A DNA stretch of 64,000 nucleotides, taken from contig OZ024742.1 in the NCBI GenBank assembly GCA_964016885.1, positions 255,750,001-255,814,000 on the forward strand, read 5' to 3'. The notes beneath the pieces are model-generated. The model was not told the DNA's origin and did not search any database. It saw nothing but the letters and a program-made list of their open reading frames with translations. How positions within the stretch are numbered: the stretch's first letter is position 1; each line of letters opens with the position of its first letter. Origin of the DNA: Eledone cirrhosa. Taxonomy: Eukaryota. This document shows, piece by piece, positions 1-11,989 of the stretch. Position numbers and translations under genes: made by a program.

Positions 1-338
1 TATCATGGTTTTACGTTGGAAGTTAAGAGTGAGAGTTGGAAATAAAAATTAAAATCCTAAATCAAATATCAGAAATTATAAATTAAACAATTAAGAAATT
101 AACAATTAGAAATTAAAGAATAAAACAAAATTCTTTTCAGGTGATAATTCGGATTGAGGCGAGTAAAAATATAGACTGAAGTGGGTAAATAATATGGAGA
201 GAGATGTTTAAGTAATATGTTCTGAGAGGGATTCTAGTGTCACAGTTATTCTATCCACATACTGAACGACAGTGCCGTACATTATAACTGAGGGCAAACT
301 ACAGGGCTCTAGGCATTAGTCAATCTGGTACACAGTCA

Positions 339-538
339 TAATTTCCATCACATGGAACAAAATCAAAGAAAAACAGACATAAAGTACACAAAAGAAAAGA
401 ACAGAACCAATAGTGAATAAATGCAAAAACACAGAGTACATAAATGCAAAATGATCCATATGATTGTCCATCTGTTCTTTTCTTTTGTGTACTTTATGTC
501 TATTTTTCTTTGATATTGTTCCATGTGATGGAAATTAT
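339..538. repeat. Inverted repeat, about 68-bp arms with about 64-bp spacer
   Basis: ataatttccatcacatggaacaaaatcaaagaaaaacagacataaagtacacaaaagaaaagaacaga (339-406) is a near-perfect reverse complement of 471-538. Confidence 0.9.
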
Positions 539-930
539 GTTATAAGTTGAGGGAACAGACTATATATGTTAGGGTATATATTTTGTTCCTCCCCTAATTG
601 TGACATTTCAGAATTTGAAAGGTAGAGACTATATATATTACAGAAATTATTTTGCGGCAGAATAAGCGAGATCCTTAGTAGATCTTTTCCTTGCAAGGCC
701 AGTGACGAAACTGGCAGTTAGCCAAGACCACGTGCCAAATGTCCAGGCATGTTCAATGCAGATATAGATAGATTTCATATATATATATATTTTTTTTTTC
801 TTTCTATTCTCTTTTTAACAGTAACATTTCAGTTGGATGAGAGAAACTATGTATACATATATATACATGTATACACACACACATATACACATATTCACAG
901 ACACACACACAAATACACATACACATAAAT

Positions 931-1445
931 ATATATGTAATTGAAATTCGTATTTGTACAGAAATACGGTATGTTTATAAATAAACATTTAGAAAACCAT
1001 AGCTATGAAAAAACACTGGCAGCTAGCGCCACAAAGCGGTGCTCAGCAGAAGCAAGAGGGACAATCGTCGATGCATTTCGAACTCGACTGGTTCGTGTCA
1101 GATCAATCTCTCCCGCTCTTGCAACTGCCGGACTTTGAAAACAGGCGAAAATATATAGTATTTTCGTCTGTGTAAATGAGGTGATTAATCTCATTTGCAT
1201 CTGAAGATGTATAAGTTGACCCAACTTAATATAGAATAGAATTAGAATTTAGCTCCGAAAATAGTTGTATACAAATATGTATTTGAATTTCCTATTTCTA
1301 AAGAAATATAGTATGTTTATAAATAAACATTTAGAAAGACATAGCTATGAAAAGCACTGACAGCTAACGCCACCAAACGATGCATAGAAAATTCAAATAC
1401 ATATTTGTATACAACTAGGTTCGAAGCGAAATTCAAATTCTAATT
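931..1445 (+). mobile_element. Non-coding partial-tandem element (monomer about 342 bp) with short terminal inversion; PLE-derived or retrozyme-like
   Basis: atgtttataaataaacatttagaaa...catagctatgaaaa occurs at 971 and 1313; 1384-1445 is the reverse complement of about 1232-1295; flanked by TA/CA tracts; degenerate CTGAAGA...GAAA at 1200-1260. Confidence 0.6.
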
Positions 1446-1672
1446 ATATATATATCTCAGGATTTAACCAGTTTTAAAGTAGTAAGATCATTATTCAGCA
1501 GATTATTCGATACTTGGGATAATAGAGTGTGACTATATTAGAAAGGATCGGGGCCAAACGGCTGAGCTCTTTCCGTTTCGACAGATAATACTAGAAGCTG
1601 GAATTAGTGGTCGTAACAGCAAGTGGTCAGCCGCTGGACCCCGACTCCTAATATATATTGTATGTGGATGCG

Positions 1673-1706
<34 letters not shown>

Positions 1707-1739
1707 TATATATATATCATTGATATATATATATATATA

Positions 1740-1918
1740 TAGTAATAATAATAAATTTGAAGACTAAAATGCAACGAGGGCTCGATAAGGATAAATATAT
1801 ATCAAACATATAAGAACCGTAGAGCAAATATTTATTAAAATAACAGATTAAAGTTTAAGCAAAGAATCGGTGCTTTCACCCTTAACGGGATCTACTTTGC
1901 TGAAACTTTATTCTGTTA

Positions 1919-1925
<7 letters not shown>
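1740..1925 (-). mobile_element. Short TA-inserted repeat, same family as 18313-18618
   Basis: gaagactaaaat...agggctcgataaggataaatatatatcaaa...gaaccgtagagcaaatatttattaaaataacagattaaagttt is shared with 18387-18548; (TA)n on both sides. Confidence 0.8.
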
Positions 1926-2011
<86 letters not shown>

Positions 2012-2326
2012 AGATAAATATACCAAAATATACGCTAGTGTCCAATCCGTATGAAGAACTCAATGTAATTCAAATATCATGAAAAGAAAAGATGTATTCA
2101 AACATTTTTCGATGAAAATCACAGGAAAACAGAGTCAAGATAAATTAATAAAAACAATGAATAAAAACAAAGAAACAGTTCCTTATATTAAAAAATTCAG
2201 CATTTTACGATCGTTTCTAGGATATATATGTATGTGTTGGTATGTATATCATATAGATCTATGTAAACATTTTACAAATTATCAGTGGGAATATACATAC
2301 CTACACATATATATGCTGTCTTCAGA

Positions 2327-2505
2327 AATAATTGTTTCTATTTTTGTTACAAGGCCAGCAATAACCCAGTGCATTACTGGTACTTTATTTTATCGACCCC
2401 CGTAAGGACGAAAAGCAAAGTTAACCTCGGTGGGATTTTAACTCAGATCATACAGGAAGGAAACTCTATATTTCAAAGCATGGCGTCCGACCTTCTACCG
2501 ATACT
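2327..2505 (-). mobile_element. tRNA-derived SINE (Meta/MESC-like core)
   Basis: Reverse complement of the family seen at 14820, 26565, 31238 and 38581: B-box-like gagttaaaatccc, core cttacggggtcgataaaataaagtaccag, tail agaaacaattatt. Confidence 0.85.
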
Positions 2506-3509
2506 ATGATATTTGTTCATTGAAAAACACCAACAAAGATTTAATATAATAGGTCTGTTTGGGACAGGTTTTGAATTGACCAATAGAAGAGTAGTAAGTG
2601 GTCAAGTTGATAGAATAGTAGTAGTCGAAATTTAATTTAGGGGTAGAGGAATGCAGACTTCGGTTTTGAATGGAAATAACACTTTGAATGAAAAGATTAC
2701 TTTGGGGATGAAAAGAGGTCAAGTCGGTGGAGGGTACACGAAAATTTGATATTATTAAAGAATAATTCTAATGTTAAAATCGAAGGAGAATAACATTTTA
2801 GGATAAATGGGTTAGTGAGAAATACCAATCTTATTAAAAACATAAGGAATTTAGATCTATAAAAAGAAATTAAATTAATTTAATTGATAGGTATACTTAT
2901 AGGGATAAATATATATTAATTCATATAGAGATGATAAATAAGAGTTAGATGTTATTAAAGAATGTTAAAAACAAAGGAAAAAAAATGTTAGGGGGGATAA
3001 ATTTATTAGTGAGAAATAAAAAAAACTTATATAGACTACAAGGAATTTAGATTCATAACAGGAAATTAAAATAGTTTATATGTATACTTGTAGGTATTAA
3101 TTTTAGGAAAAGATAGCTGTAAAAGGGAAATAAAATTATGAAGTTCTCAGTAGTAAAATACTAATTATAGGTTAACTAAATTAAAAAAAACTAATTATAA
3201 TAATTTGTGAAATAAAAGTGTATATTAATTAGGTTTATATTATTTGAAAGTTCTTCTAATTTTATGATTGCACGATATATATATATATATATCAATGATA
3301 TTAATAAACTATTTTATGAAACCATATTTACTCTATTATATATATTTCAAGGGTTCCAAAAATTTTGTATGCTCTCATCAGATAAAATACAAAATTTTTT
3401 TTTATAAATATTGACATATCCAGGAATGAGACCTTAACGGTTCAAGTTTCACCTGGATAGTCTATCCAAAGTTTTGGAACCCTTGAAATATATATATATA
3501 TATTTATTC

Positions 3510-4416
3510 AGGTTTGAGGTTCATAAAATACTCGGTAAATGAAAATACTCGGCGTAGCTTAATTCGCCTTGGGGCCCGGAGCGCGGCCGGTGTTTTAACC
3601 GCCACATAGTACCTTTAAATTACAGATCAAATCGGAACTATTAGATATATCAACCTGAAAATGTTAAACTGTTTAACTTTAAATTTTCTAACCTCTTTAA
3701 TATTGAATATTGACTATTAACTTTTCAACTTCATACTATAAGTCTAAACATTGTAACACACTGACCCCCAATATATTAACCTCTGCTAAGATGCGGGTCC
3801 CTGTGAACATTTTCTCGCGCCACTCCTGGCCTGACCGTGGTCTGACATTAATATCGACCTTTCTTCCTCTTTCTTTCTATCTTACTTCTTGTAGCCATCA
3901 ACCCATACTTTTCTACTTATCCCTTCTCTTCCTTCTCTTCTCCCCTCTTCCTGTCTTCCTCCCGCAGACTTATCTTCCTTTCCCCCTTTTGTTTGCTTAT
4001 ATCTGACCGGTAGTAGTTGTGTTTCTTCTTATAGCTGACATTAACCCTGGCTTCTCTTCTTCTTCCTCCCCCCTTCTTCTCTCTCCTTCCTTTCTTTCTT
4101 TCTTTTATCTTGTGGCATGAGATTGGCGTTAACTTATGTTCCCATCCCTTTCTGTTTTCGTTTATCTGACCGGTAGTAGCACACTGTAAACTTTAGCCAC
4201 GTCACTCGAGGGCGACCGGCTGAGGTTGAAGGAGCAGGATAGCGGTCGCCCTCGGTTCCTCGATTTTCAGCCCCATGGATTTTATCTATTACATTCACGT
4301 ATTATATTTCGAATACCTGATGATATCACCGGATTCATACGGAACCCGGTCATTGAAATGATCATAGTATAATAAACCTTTCAAGGATTTACACAAATCC
4401 AGCCTCCTGTCATTTC

Positions 4417-4418
<2 letters not shown>
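3510..4418 (+). mobile_element. Probable 3' end (pLTR) of a Penelope-like element, coding part decayed
   Basis: Between (TA)n tracts; contains an HHR motif at 4313-4370 followed by AATAAA; weak LN...PPIY.PLL-like remnant near 3745-3790. Confidence 0.45.
4313..4370 (+). ncRNA. Type I hammerhead ribozyme motif
   Basis: atac-CTGATGA-tatc[accgg attcatacggaac ccggt]catt-GAAA-tgatca-TA-gtat: stem I atac/gtat, stem II accgg/ccggt, palindromic stem III. Confidence 0.8.
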
Positions 4419-4469
<51 letters not shown>

Positions 4470-4473
<4 letters not shown>

Positions 4474-4800
4474 CCAGATACATATTTGTACACAGGTATA
4501 CACTTTCTGGAGACACTCCAGATACATGTGTACAGTTTGTGCACAAGTGTACAATTTGTGCACAGGTATACAATTTCTGGACACACTCCAGATACATATT
4601 TGTGCCCAGGTATTCCAATACGGCAAGGCCTTACAATCTGGACACACTCCAGATACATGTGTACAGTTTGTGCACAAGTATACAATTTGTGCACAGGTAT
4701 ACAATTTCTCGACACACTCCAGATACATATTTGTGCACAGGTATTCCAATACGGCAAGGCCTAAGGGATCCCCCTTTCAGTAAGTACAATCTGGACACAC
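4470..4800. repeat. Hierarchical minisatellite (about 20-bp subunits in an about 131-bp higher-order unit)
   Basis: Recurrent gacacactccagatacat and tacaatttgtgcacaggta; 4511-4630 repeats at 4642-4761. Confidence 0.9.
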
Positions 4801-5013
4801 ACACACACACTCACACACACCTTGGTATTATGCCAATACTATATATCATTTCACACCTTTAATTATTAAGGTTTTGATGTTCTATTGAGAGAATCGATTT
4901 TACTGAAAATATCGAATAATGTACACCATTTTACCAGGAAAAAAATACTGCCCCCCCCCCACACACACACACATTCTCACACGCATACACACGCGTACAT
5001 TAACATACAAAGA

Positions 5014-5050
<37 letters not shown>

Positions 5051-5499
5051 TTCTCCGTATAAGACAAGAGCTGAAAAATATCTTTTAACATGTTAAAATA
5101 TCCCCCACTTACTTACAGACACATTCCTACTGACCATCCCTCTACCACGAATTACTCTGCTACACACACACACACACACCCACACTTGTCTTAATAGGCA
5201 TTTGAACTGTCAACAGGCTGCGGTTCGCACACACATCCCTGCTGACCATTATCACAACAACGAACACTTTACTACTACTACACACACACACACACACACA
5301 CATATTTGTTGTGAAAGAGTCATTTCTCAGTCCGCCGATACAAACCTACATTTGGCGCAAAATCAATTTTTTACATTCACATGACCTCTACCGACCAATC
5401 AAAATTGTTTTGACCACAAGAAATTTTGCAACACGAATTGGCGCAAAACTTATTTTAATACCGCTGGAGTTACTTTTTTAACATAAAAACCGTTAGAAT

Positions 5500-5702
5500 T
5501 CCCAAAACTAATCAGATCAGAGCAAACATCACGGACGCTCTATCTCAAAACTATTTTTGAAAAGCATTAGAAATGCGCAACCGGTAAAACTTAAAACCAA
5601 AACTGAATACTAACCAATACAATTACTAATTCTCACATATTCCTAATTAAACTATTTTTCACTGTGAACAATTTGTCAGCATTTTCTATTCCGTTTACCA
5701 AT
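5500..5702 (+). mobile_element. TA-adjacent interspersed repeat, same family as 53500-53880
   Basis: gagcaaacat...cgctctatctcaaaa...cattagaaatgcgcaaccggtaaaa...aaactgaatactaaccaatac is shared with 53694-53880. Confidence 0.8.
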
Positions 5703-6289
5703 ATATATATATATATATATATATACGCATACGCAAACAATGCATACAATATTCAGAAGATGAGGGAAATGTAGAATATAAATTACCTTAGTTTATCTGA
5801 CTCAGATGCGTACAAAGAATTGAAACGTGTTTTATTCAAAATATTCAGGGAAATATGATTTGTTTTGTTTTTCACGCCTGGAACATTTAGGAGTTCCTTA
5901 GAGGTTGAAATTTGAAGAAAGCTTAAGCTTTTGTTGAAGTCTTCGTAAAAGCTGTTAGAAGGTAAAGGAACAGACTATAGATGTTAGGATGAAAATTGAA
6001 AACAGATCTTATGCTCTCTATCTCTATATCACTTTCTATCTATGTAGTTCCTACTTGTCTATTTACCTGTCAGTCTGTCTGTCATTCTTTTTGGCTGCCT
6101 ATATGGCTGCCTGTTTGACTGTCTACCAATAGTTAATTATTTATGTATGTTAATGTTTTACCTTCAGACAAGACCAACAATAACAACATCAAAGTGGAAT
6201 TAAAAAAGTATTAAGTTGGGTATAATTCGAATATCCCTCGGAATTTACAAGAATTATGTAAAAATGATGATGATGATGATAATAATAAT

Positions 6290-6910
6290 AAAGTGTCATA
6301 ATTGATATATCTATCCCTGCAGACGACAATATATCTATGAAGGAAATGGAGAGATTATTCAAGTATAAAACATGGTGATAGATATAACTCGAATCTGGAT
6401 GCCAAAAACAGAAACAATAATTGTTTCTACTTTTGGCACAAGGCCGGCAATTATCACAGTACATTACCGGTACTTTATTTTATCGACCCCGAAAGGATGA
6501 AAGGCAAAATTAACCTCGGCGGGATTTGAACTCGGACTGTAACTCTAAGTTGCTAAGCAAGGCGTCTGACGCTCTACCAACACTGCCAGCCCACCAACAA
6601 TAATACAATATTAGGTGCCCTGGGAATAATTAAAACACACACACACACACACATATATATATATTTTGGTTATGCATCAATGTATATATATATATATATA
6701 CATTGATGCATAACCAAAATCCTATAACTTAGAATACAGCATACAGAAAATAGCACTACTAAGCACAGCACACATATTACGAAGAGTAATCTCAATATAA
6801 TAAAAGCAACACCACCAAAGTAACATCCAAGGTACACAGAACTATGCTCGGAAATTCAATGATGAGACGCAATAAAAATAGAACTAAAAAAAATAATAAT
6901 AACAATAATA
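6290..6910 (+). mobile_element. 3' fragment of an R4/Dong-like non-LTR element (RLE domain), interrupted by a SINE and microsatellite
   Basis: Manual translation: IDISIPADDNISMKEMERLFKY, ITRIWMPKTET, LGALGII, IQKIALLSTAHILRRVISI*; (AAT)n tail. Confidence 0.75.
6416..6595 (-). mobile_element. tRNA-derived SINE (Meta/MESC-like core) with 9-bp TSD
   Basis: Family core in reverse; aacaataat duplicated at 6413-6421 and 6596-6604. Confidence 0.9.
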
Positions 6911-7310
6911 TTTTTTTCTTCTTAACTTGAAAGAAATATCGTCATTGAGAATTGGAAGTTATTTACAAAGTTTGCGTTTCATGATCCACATATCTGTCTT
7001 GTAGATAACATGCTTTATATATTAACCTTCCCGTCTACTTTCTATATCAGACTTTGAAAGAAGTAAGAAAGGAATCTCGTGTAAACACTGTCATCAGAAC
7101 TAATTGAAAAATTTAATCATCATCAAAGGATTAAGATCCATCAAAGGAATATATATCCTACATTTGTAAACTAAGTTTTATGATAGACGATAGGAAATAA
7201 ATGCAAGTTTTCCGAAATGAAATTACCTCTACGTCTTTCTTTCATTTTTTATACTCTCATGTGCAATAAGTATGATGCAAATATACAAATGATTTATATG
7301 CTTATATACT

Positions 7311-7380
<70 letters not shown>

Positions 7381-9807
7381 CATATAAATATATATATATA
7401 CATATATATAAGCATAAACAGTCACATATATATATATATGCATGTGTGTATGTGTGTTTGTGGATATGTCTATATGTCTCTGTAGGTATAGCAAAGGTCT
7501 ATAATCTTGAAAGTAGTTGCTATAAAAAACTATTCCCAAACAGACAAACTATTAATATGATTATTTCTTCCAGTATATTCTGTCACTCCCACATCACATG
7601 CAACTTTTATATTCGTTGTTCTTCTTGTTGCTGTTTTCAATTGCTTTGTTTTTAATCCCAAGCTACATGAAACAATTAATTTTTCCAACTTGAGGATGAT
7701 AACTATAGATAAATTATCTACATATAGACTAACATTTTTTTTTTTAGGGCTGTTGATGTTACTTTCTTAATTTTTTCGGGATAAAATTCGATTATTTTTT
7801 AAAAGAAAATAATATCGCATACTTAAAAATAAAAAAAAACTAACAAAACACATAACAAACCATTAAAAATGCCAAAATTTGAAACTAAGAGAAATATAAA
7901 TCTATTGATGAAAAATAAAATAACCGTGTAACATCATATATAGCACGCAAATACGTCGCTAATTATTATATGGAGGAGAAATAATTACATGAAAGATAAT
8001 AAAAATAACTAAAAAAAAATAAAAACTTTTCTTTCAGTCAATTTGACTAATGGGAAATAATCTGAAGTACATTAACATTATATTTTCAATAAATTTGAAT
8101 TATATTTTCATTCAATTCTCTCACTATATATTTTCTCTTCTCTGTCCCTTGTCTTCCAATTTCTATTTCTCTCTTATTTTACTCCCACAAGTCTACTGAA
8201 ATTTCAAACGTGATCCTCAACCCCCAAAATATCCGAAGAAAATATTTTTAAAGAAAGCAAAGAAAGAAAAAACAACAACAACCAAACAAAAAACAATGCA
8301 GACAGACAGGCAGACTGAAGAATGTTGTGAAATAAAACCAAACTAAAACATCAGAACTCATAACTACTTATAATTGCAATGATGACTGGTTATTTGAAAG
8401 CATGCAGAGAAAGAGCACTTAAATTATTTAACAACAAAAGACTAGACAGTACTTTATATTATAATGTCTTCTGTCACGCAAGTTTACAAAAGTTATATAT
8501 TAACAACAATATTTCATAGAAAAATGTTGTTTTTTTATTTCATAGTATCAGACAAGAGGATTATGTGATTACAAATGTTTTTAAAATTTTGTCAAGCACA
8601 GAAGAAATTGGGCATATATACTACTGTATTTTCTTTTTTTGTGTATAAATGGAGCAATCTTAAACTAAATTTAAGGACAAAAATGGATGGTCACTTTATA
8701 TACGAGTCTTTAGAGATTTTTACTTACCTTAAAAATACTCATTCCAAACGGCAAGATTATAAATCGGTTTTCATAACAATTGTTTACGAATAGTATTTGA
8801 TATATCAGCAACATTTGTTATTTGGGAATTGGTGTAATAAAAACGAAAGGAAGGAAAAGAATCAAATGAAATAGCGGAAGTAACGAAAGGGGAGGGGGTA
8901 TATCTGGGCTGCACGTTACGGGACACAATGGCGAAGACATTACACTGGAGATCAGCAAGTGTCCACCGCTGCATCACACACTAACTTATCGGCATGCACT
9001 CCTCCTGATTTTGCGAAAAGAACACCCGATGTCTCGACAGTGGAAGGCACAAAGAAGGAAGTACTCGGTCAAGTCCCTGAAATTTAGATGCCTTCATCTC
9101 TTCTCCGCATTACGGACAGCGGTGCCAGGGTTTGTGGCCGAAGCCATAATGCTGGAGGGGGAGAGTGTTACGCAGAAGGTGGTGACTCAGATTATTTATC
9201 TTCCTCGAACGGGATGAGAGTTATCCTGTTTGGGTACTTCGATCAATATAGTCGAGGCCTGCAGGTCACAGACGTGACGGGAAATGGTTGAGATTTATTC
9301 ATCTAATGAAGGTGGGAAGGTGGTGTGTTGAGGGAATCGACCTGGGCTATGGCGGCAAGGTAATGGGTGTTGCCTGAACTTCTGATCTTGGCTCTACAAG
9401 GGCATCTATGTGACTTAATCAAGGTGAGGTTCAGTTAGTAGGTCACTCTAAGGTGGATACATTCATCATCAAGTAGAGTAGCGTTTAATGAGGTCACCGA
9501 ATTGATTCAGATTGACGGTGCCGTTTCTGGATTTTTATCAGAATTTGGTGAGACATATTACTTTGTTGTTCATACAAAAGCTCTCAGCTTATTTTGTACT
9601 TGAAACAAAGGAGCAAGTTCTCACGAAGAGGTGTAAAAATCCAGAAATGGCCATATGAGGATTCTCTCCGTTTGCTATTAAGATTGGAGTGACATGATCA
9701 GTGCTTATTAAATAAAATCTGCGCGAATTTAAAACGATGTTTATTATACATGTATTATACATCAGTGTTATTGACTCTTTTCATATATATATATATATAT
9801 ATATATA

Positions 9808-10480
9808 CATTATGAAGAGAGAAGAAACATTAGATATAATTAATAATAACATATATCATACCCACACTGCTTCGTTAGTCCCCGACTACGTAGTTTCGTG
9901 GCATATTATGCAAAAACACTACATCACAGAAATATAGAGTTTTTGTGAGGTCTGCCGACTTATCAAGAGGATACCTCATTAAGGGTTTCAAACACGTCCG
10001 TAATCCGCGAGATAGAATCTCGAAAGGCGGAGGGGGAGTCAATCACGTGATAAAGCGCTCAAGAAACAGAGCTAACCCCGAAAAAAATACCACGGAGGTG
10101 GAGGGGGTATTTATATCAAAGCCGTAGAAGAGGTGGCTAAGGTGGCGAGAAGTATGAGTAATTGTAGCTTTCCAGCAGTCATAACACTTCAAAGGTTACT
10201 CGACCAAAGGGAGTTATAAACAATATATAGAGAAACACACAGATACATGCGGACACATACATATACATGAATATATCCACATATATCCCTGCGTTAGTGG
10301 TACCAACCTCAACTGATGTTGCTCTATGAATAATTGGGACAAACCAATCCGAATGGATTAGATTGATTCAGTATCACAGCTATATATTACATTATGAAGA
10401 GAGAAGAAACATTAGATATAATTAATAATAAGATATATCATACCCATACTGCTTCTTATATATAGTGTTTCTCTATATAT

Positions 10481-10485
<5 letters not shown>
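9808..10485. mobile_element. Non-coding partial-tandem element, monomer about 582 bp, in (TA)n
   Basis: cattatgaagagagaagaaacattagatataattaataataa.atatatcataccca.actgcttc at 9808 and 10390; homologous inverted copy at 50745-51274 with the same terminus. Confidence 0.8.
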
Positions 10486-10517
<32 letters not shown>

Positions 10518-10670
10518 GGAAGCAGGAAAATTATTATTGTGATCGAGTTCGTGGTTAAGAAAGCCAATTTCATGGACGGTTTCAACGTACAGTTAGGGGT
10601 AAGTTCAGAAGTTTGTAAGAATTCCGTTCGATCTTGGAGTATAAAGTATAAAAGAGAATACATAGGTAAG

Positions 10671-10887
10671 CATTAAGAAAAGGATTTTATCCAGGTATTT
10701 ACGACCGTTTCATTGGTAAGTGCAACCTTATATTGCAATACTGCAAACAGCAGCCACTCACTATTTTGAAAATTTGGACGTGAAAAACAATTATCATTGA
10801 GTGGCTGCTACTTGCAGTTTAGCAATATAAGATTGCACTTACCAATGAAACGGTCGTAAATATCTGGATAAAATCCGTTTCTTAATG
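10671..10887. repeat. Inverted repeat, about 90-bp arms, next to (TA)n
   Basis: 10671-10760 matches the reverse complement of 10798-10887. Confidence 0.9.
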
Positions 10888-10901
10888 CCCCTGTGTTTTC
10901 T

Positions 10902-10995
<94 letters not shown>

Positions 10996-11023
10996 GTATA
11001 TATATATATATGTGTGTATGTGT

Positions 11024-11054
<31 letters not shown>

Positions 11055-11806
11055 CATATTTGTGTCTGTATGTTTATGTGTGTATGTGTCTATATGTACG
11101 TATATATATATATGTGTGTACGTCTATGTTTGTATATATATACATATACATATATGTTTGTGGGTGTATATGTATATATAAATATACGTGTGTGTGTATG
11201 TGTGTGTGTATATAAATGTGTGTATGTGTCTATGTATGTGTGTATATATAATATATATATATATATGTATGTGTGTATATATAATATATATATATATATA
11301 TGTATGTGTGTATATGTATTTATATGTATGTTAGTTGTGTGTGTGTGCCTGCCTGTGTGTGCGTGTGTGTAAGTGGGTGTGTGTGTGTGAATGTGTTTGT
11401 TGACACCTGGAATATAAATTAAGAGAATCTTCACAATAAGAGGAAGGACCCGAACACTTAAAGTTGTTTAGGAACCCGTTCTGCCTGTGTCCTCCTTATT
11501 TCATCCTTAAAGGATTAGCTTCTAAAGAATTTCCATTTTCTTTATACCAATGAACCCCACTCATCCTGTAGACACCTGACTTATAGGCATTGTTAGTTAA
11601 GAGATAAACAAGGATTGTTATTTCAATTTGAACCTGTTTACAGTATTCTTTCTGCCTTTGTTAATATAAATTATAGCTTTAAAAATGAGCTTTTAATGAA
11701 CTCCCATTTCTTTAAATCCATCAACCATGACCTCCACCCATCCCAATCCGCACCATCTCCTACCACCAGAAAAGATATAAATACCACCACATTTACTTCG
11801 ACAGTC

Positions 11807-11857
11807 AGCTTCCTGATGATTTCTCATTAATGAAACAGTTCTAGTCCTGTAGAAGCT
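11807..11857 (+). ncRNA. Minimal type I hammerhead ribozyme motif in PLE pLTR
   Basis: agcttc-CTGATGA-tttctcattaat-GAAA-cag ttctagtc ctg-TA-gaagct. Confidence 0.85.
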
Positions 11858-11989
11858 TCTCTAAATTAAAACATTTATGCTCTGCTATGTATTGAGGACC
11901 TTACTTACTGTGGTTACCCACGATTGAACCCGGAATAACTTCTCTGTTAGCACTCCTAGTGCACCCCTTAACCATCACAAAGAAACTCT

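Noticed and set aside
690-726. ggccagtgacgaaactggcagttagcc as a hammerhead
   Set aside because: The core lacks CUGANGA and stems I and II are too short to call.
2500-3270. Strand-skewed region with an about 195-bp duplication, possible PLE remnant
   Set aside because: Only faint motif hints; insufficient to call.
4470-4800. Repeat with alternating units resembling a CRISPR array
   Set aside because: The intervening segments are themselves repeated, there are no cas genes, and the context is eukaryotic; it is a minisatellite.
8870-9540. GC-richer island, possible retroelement remnant
   Set aside because: I found no diagnostic motif in the frames I read.
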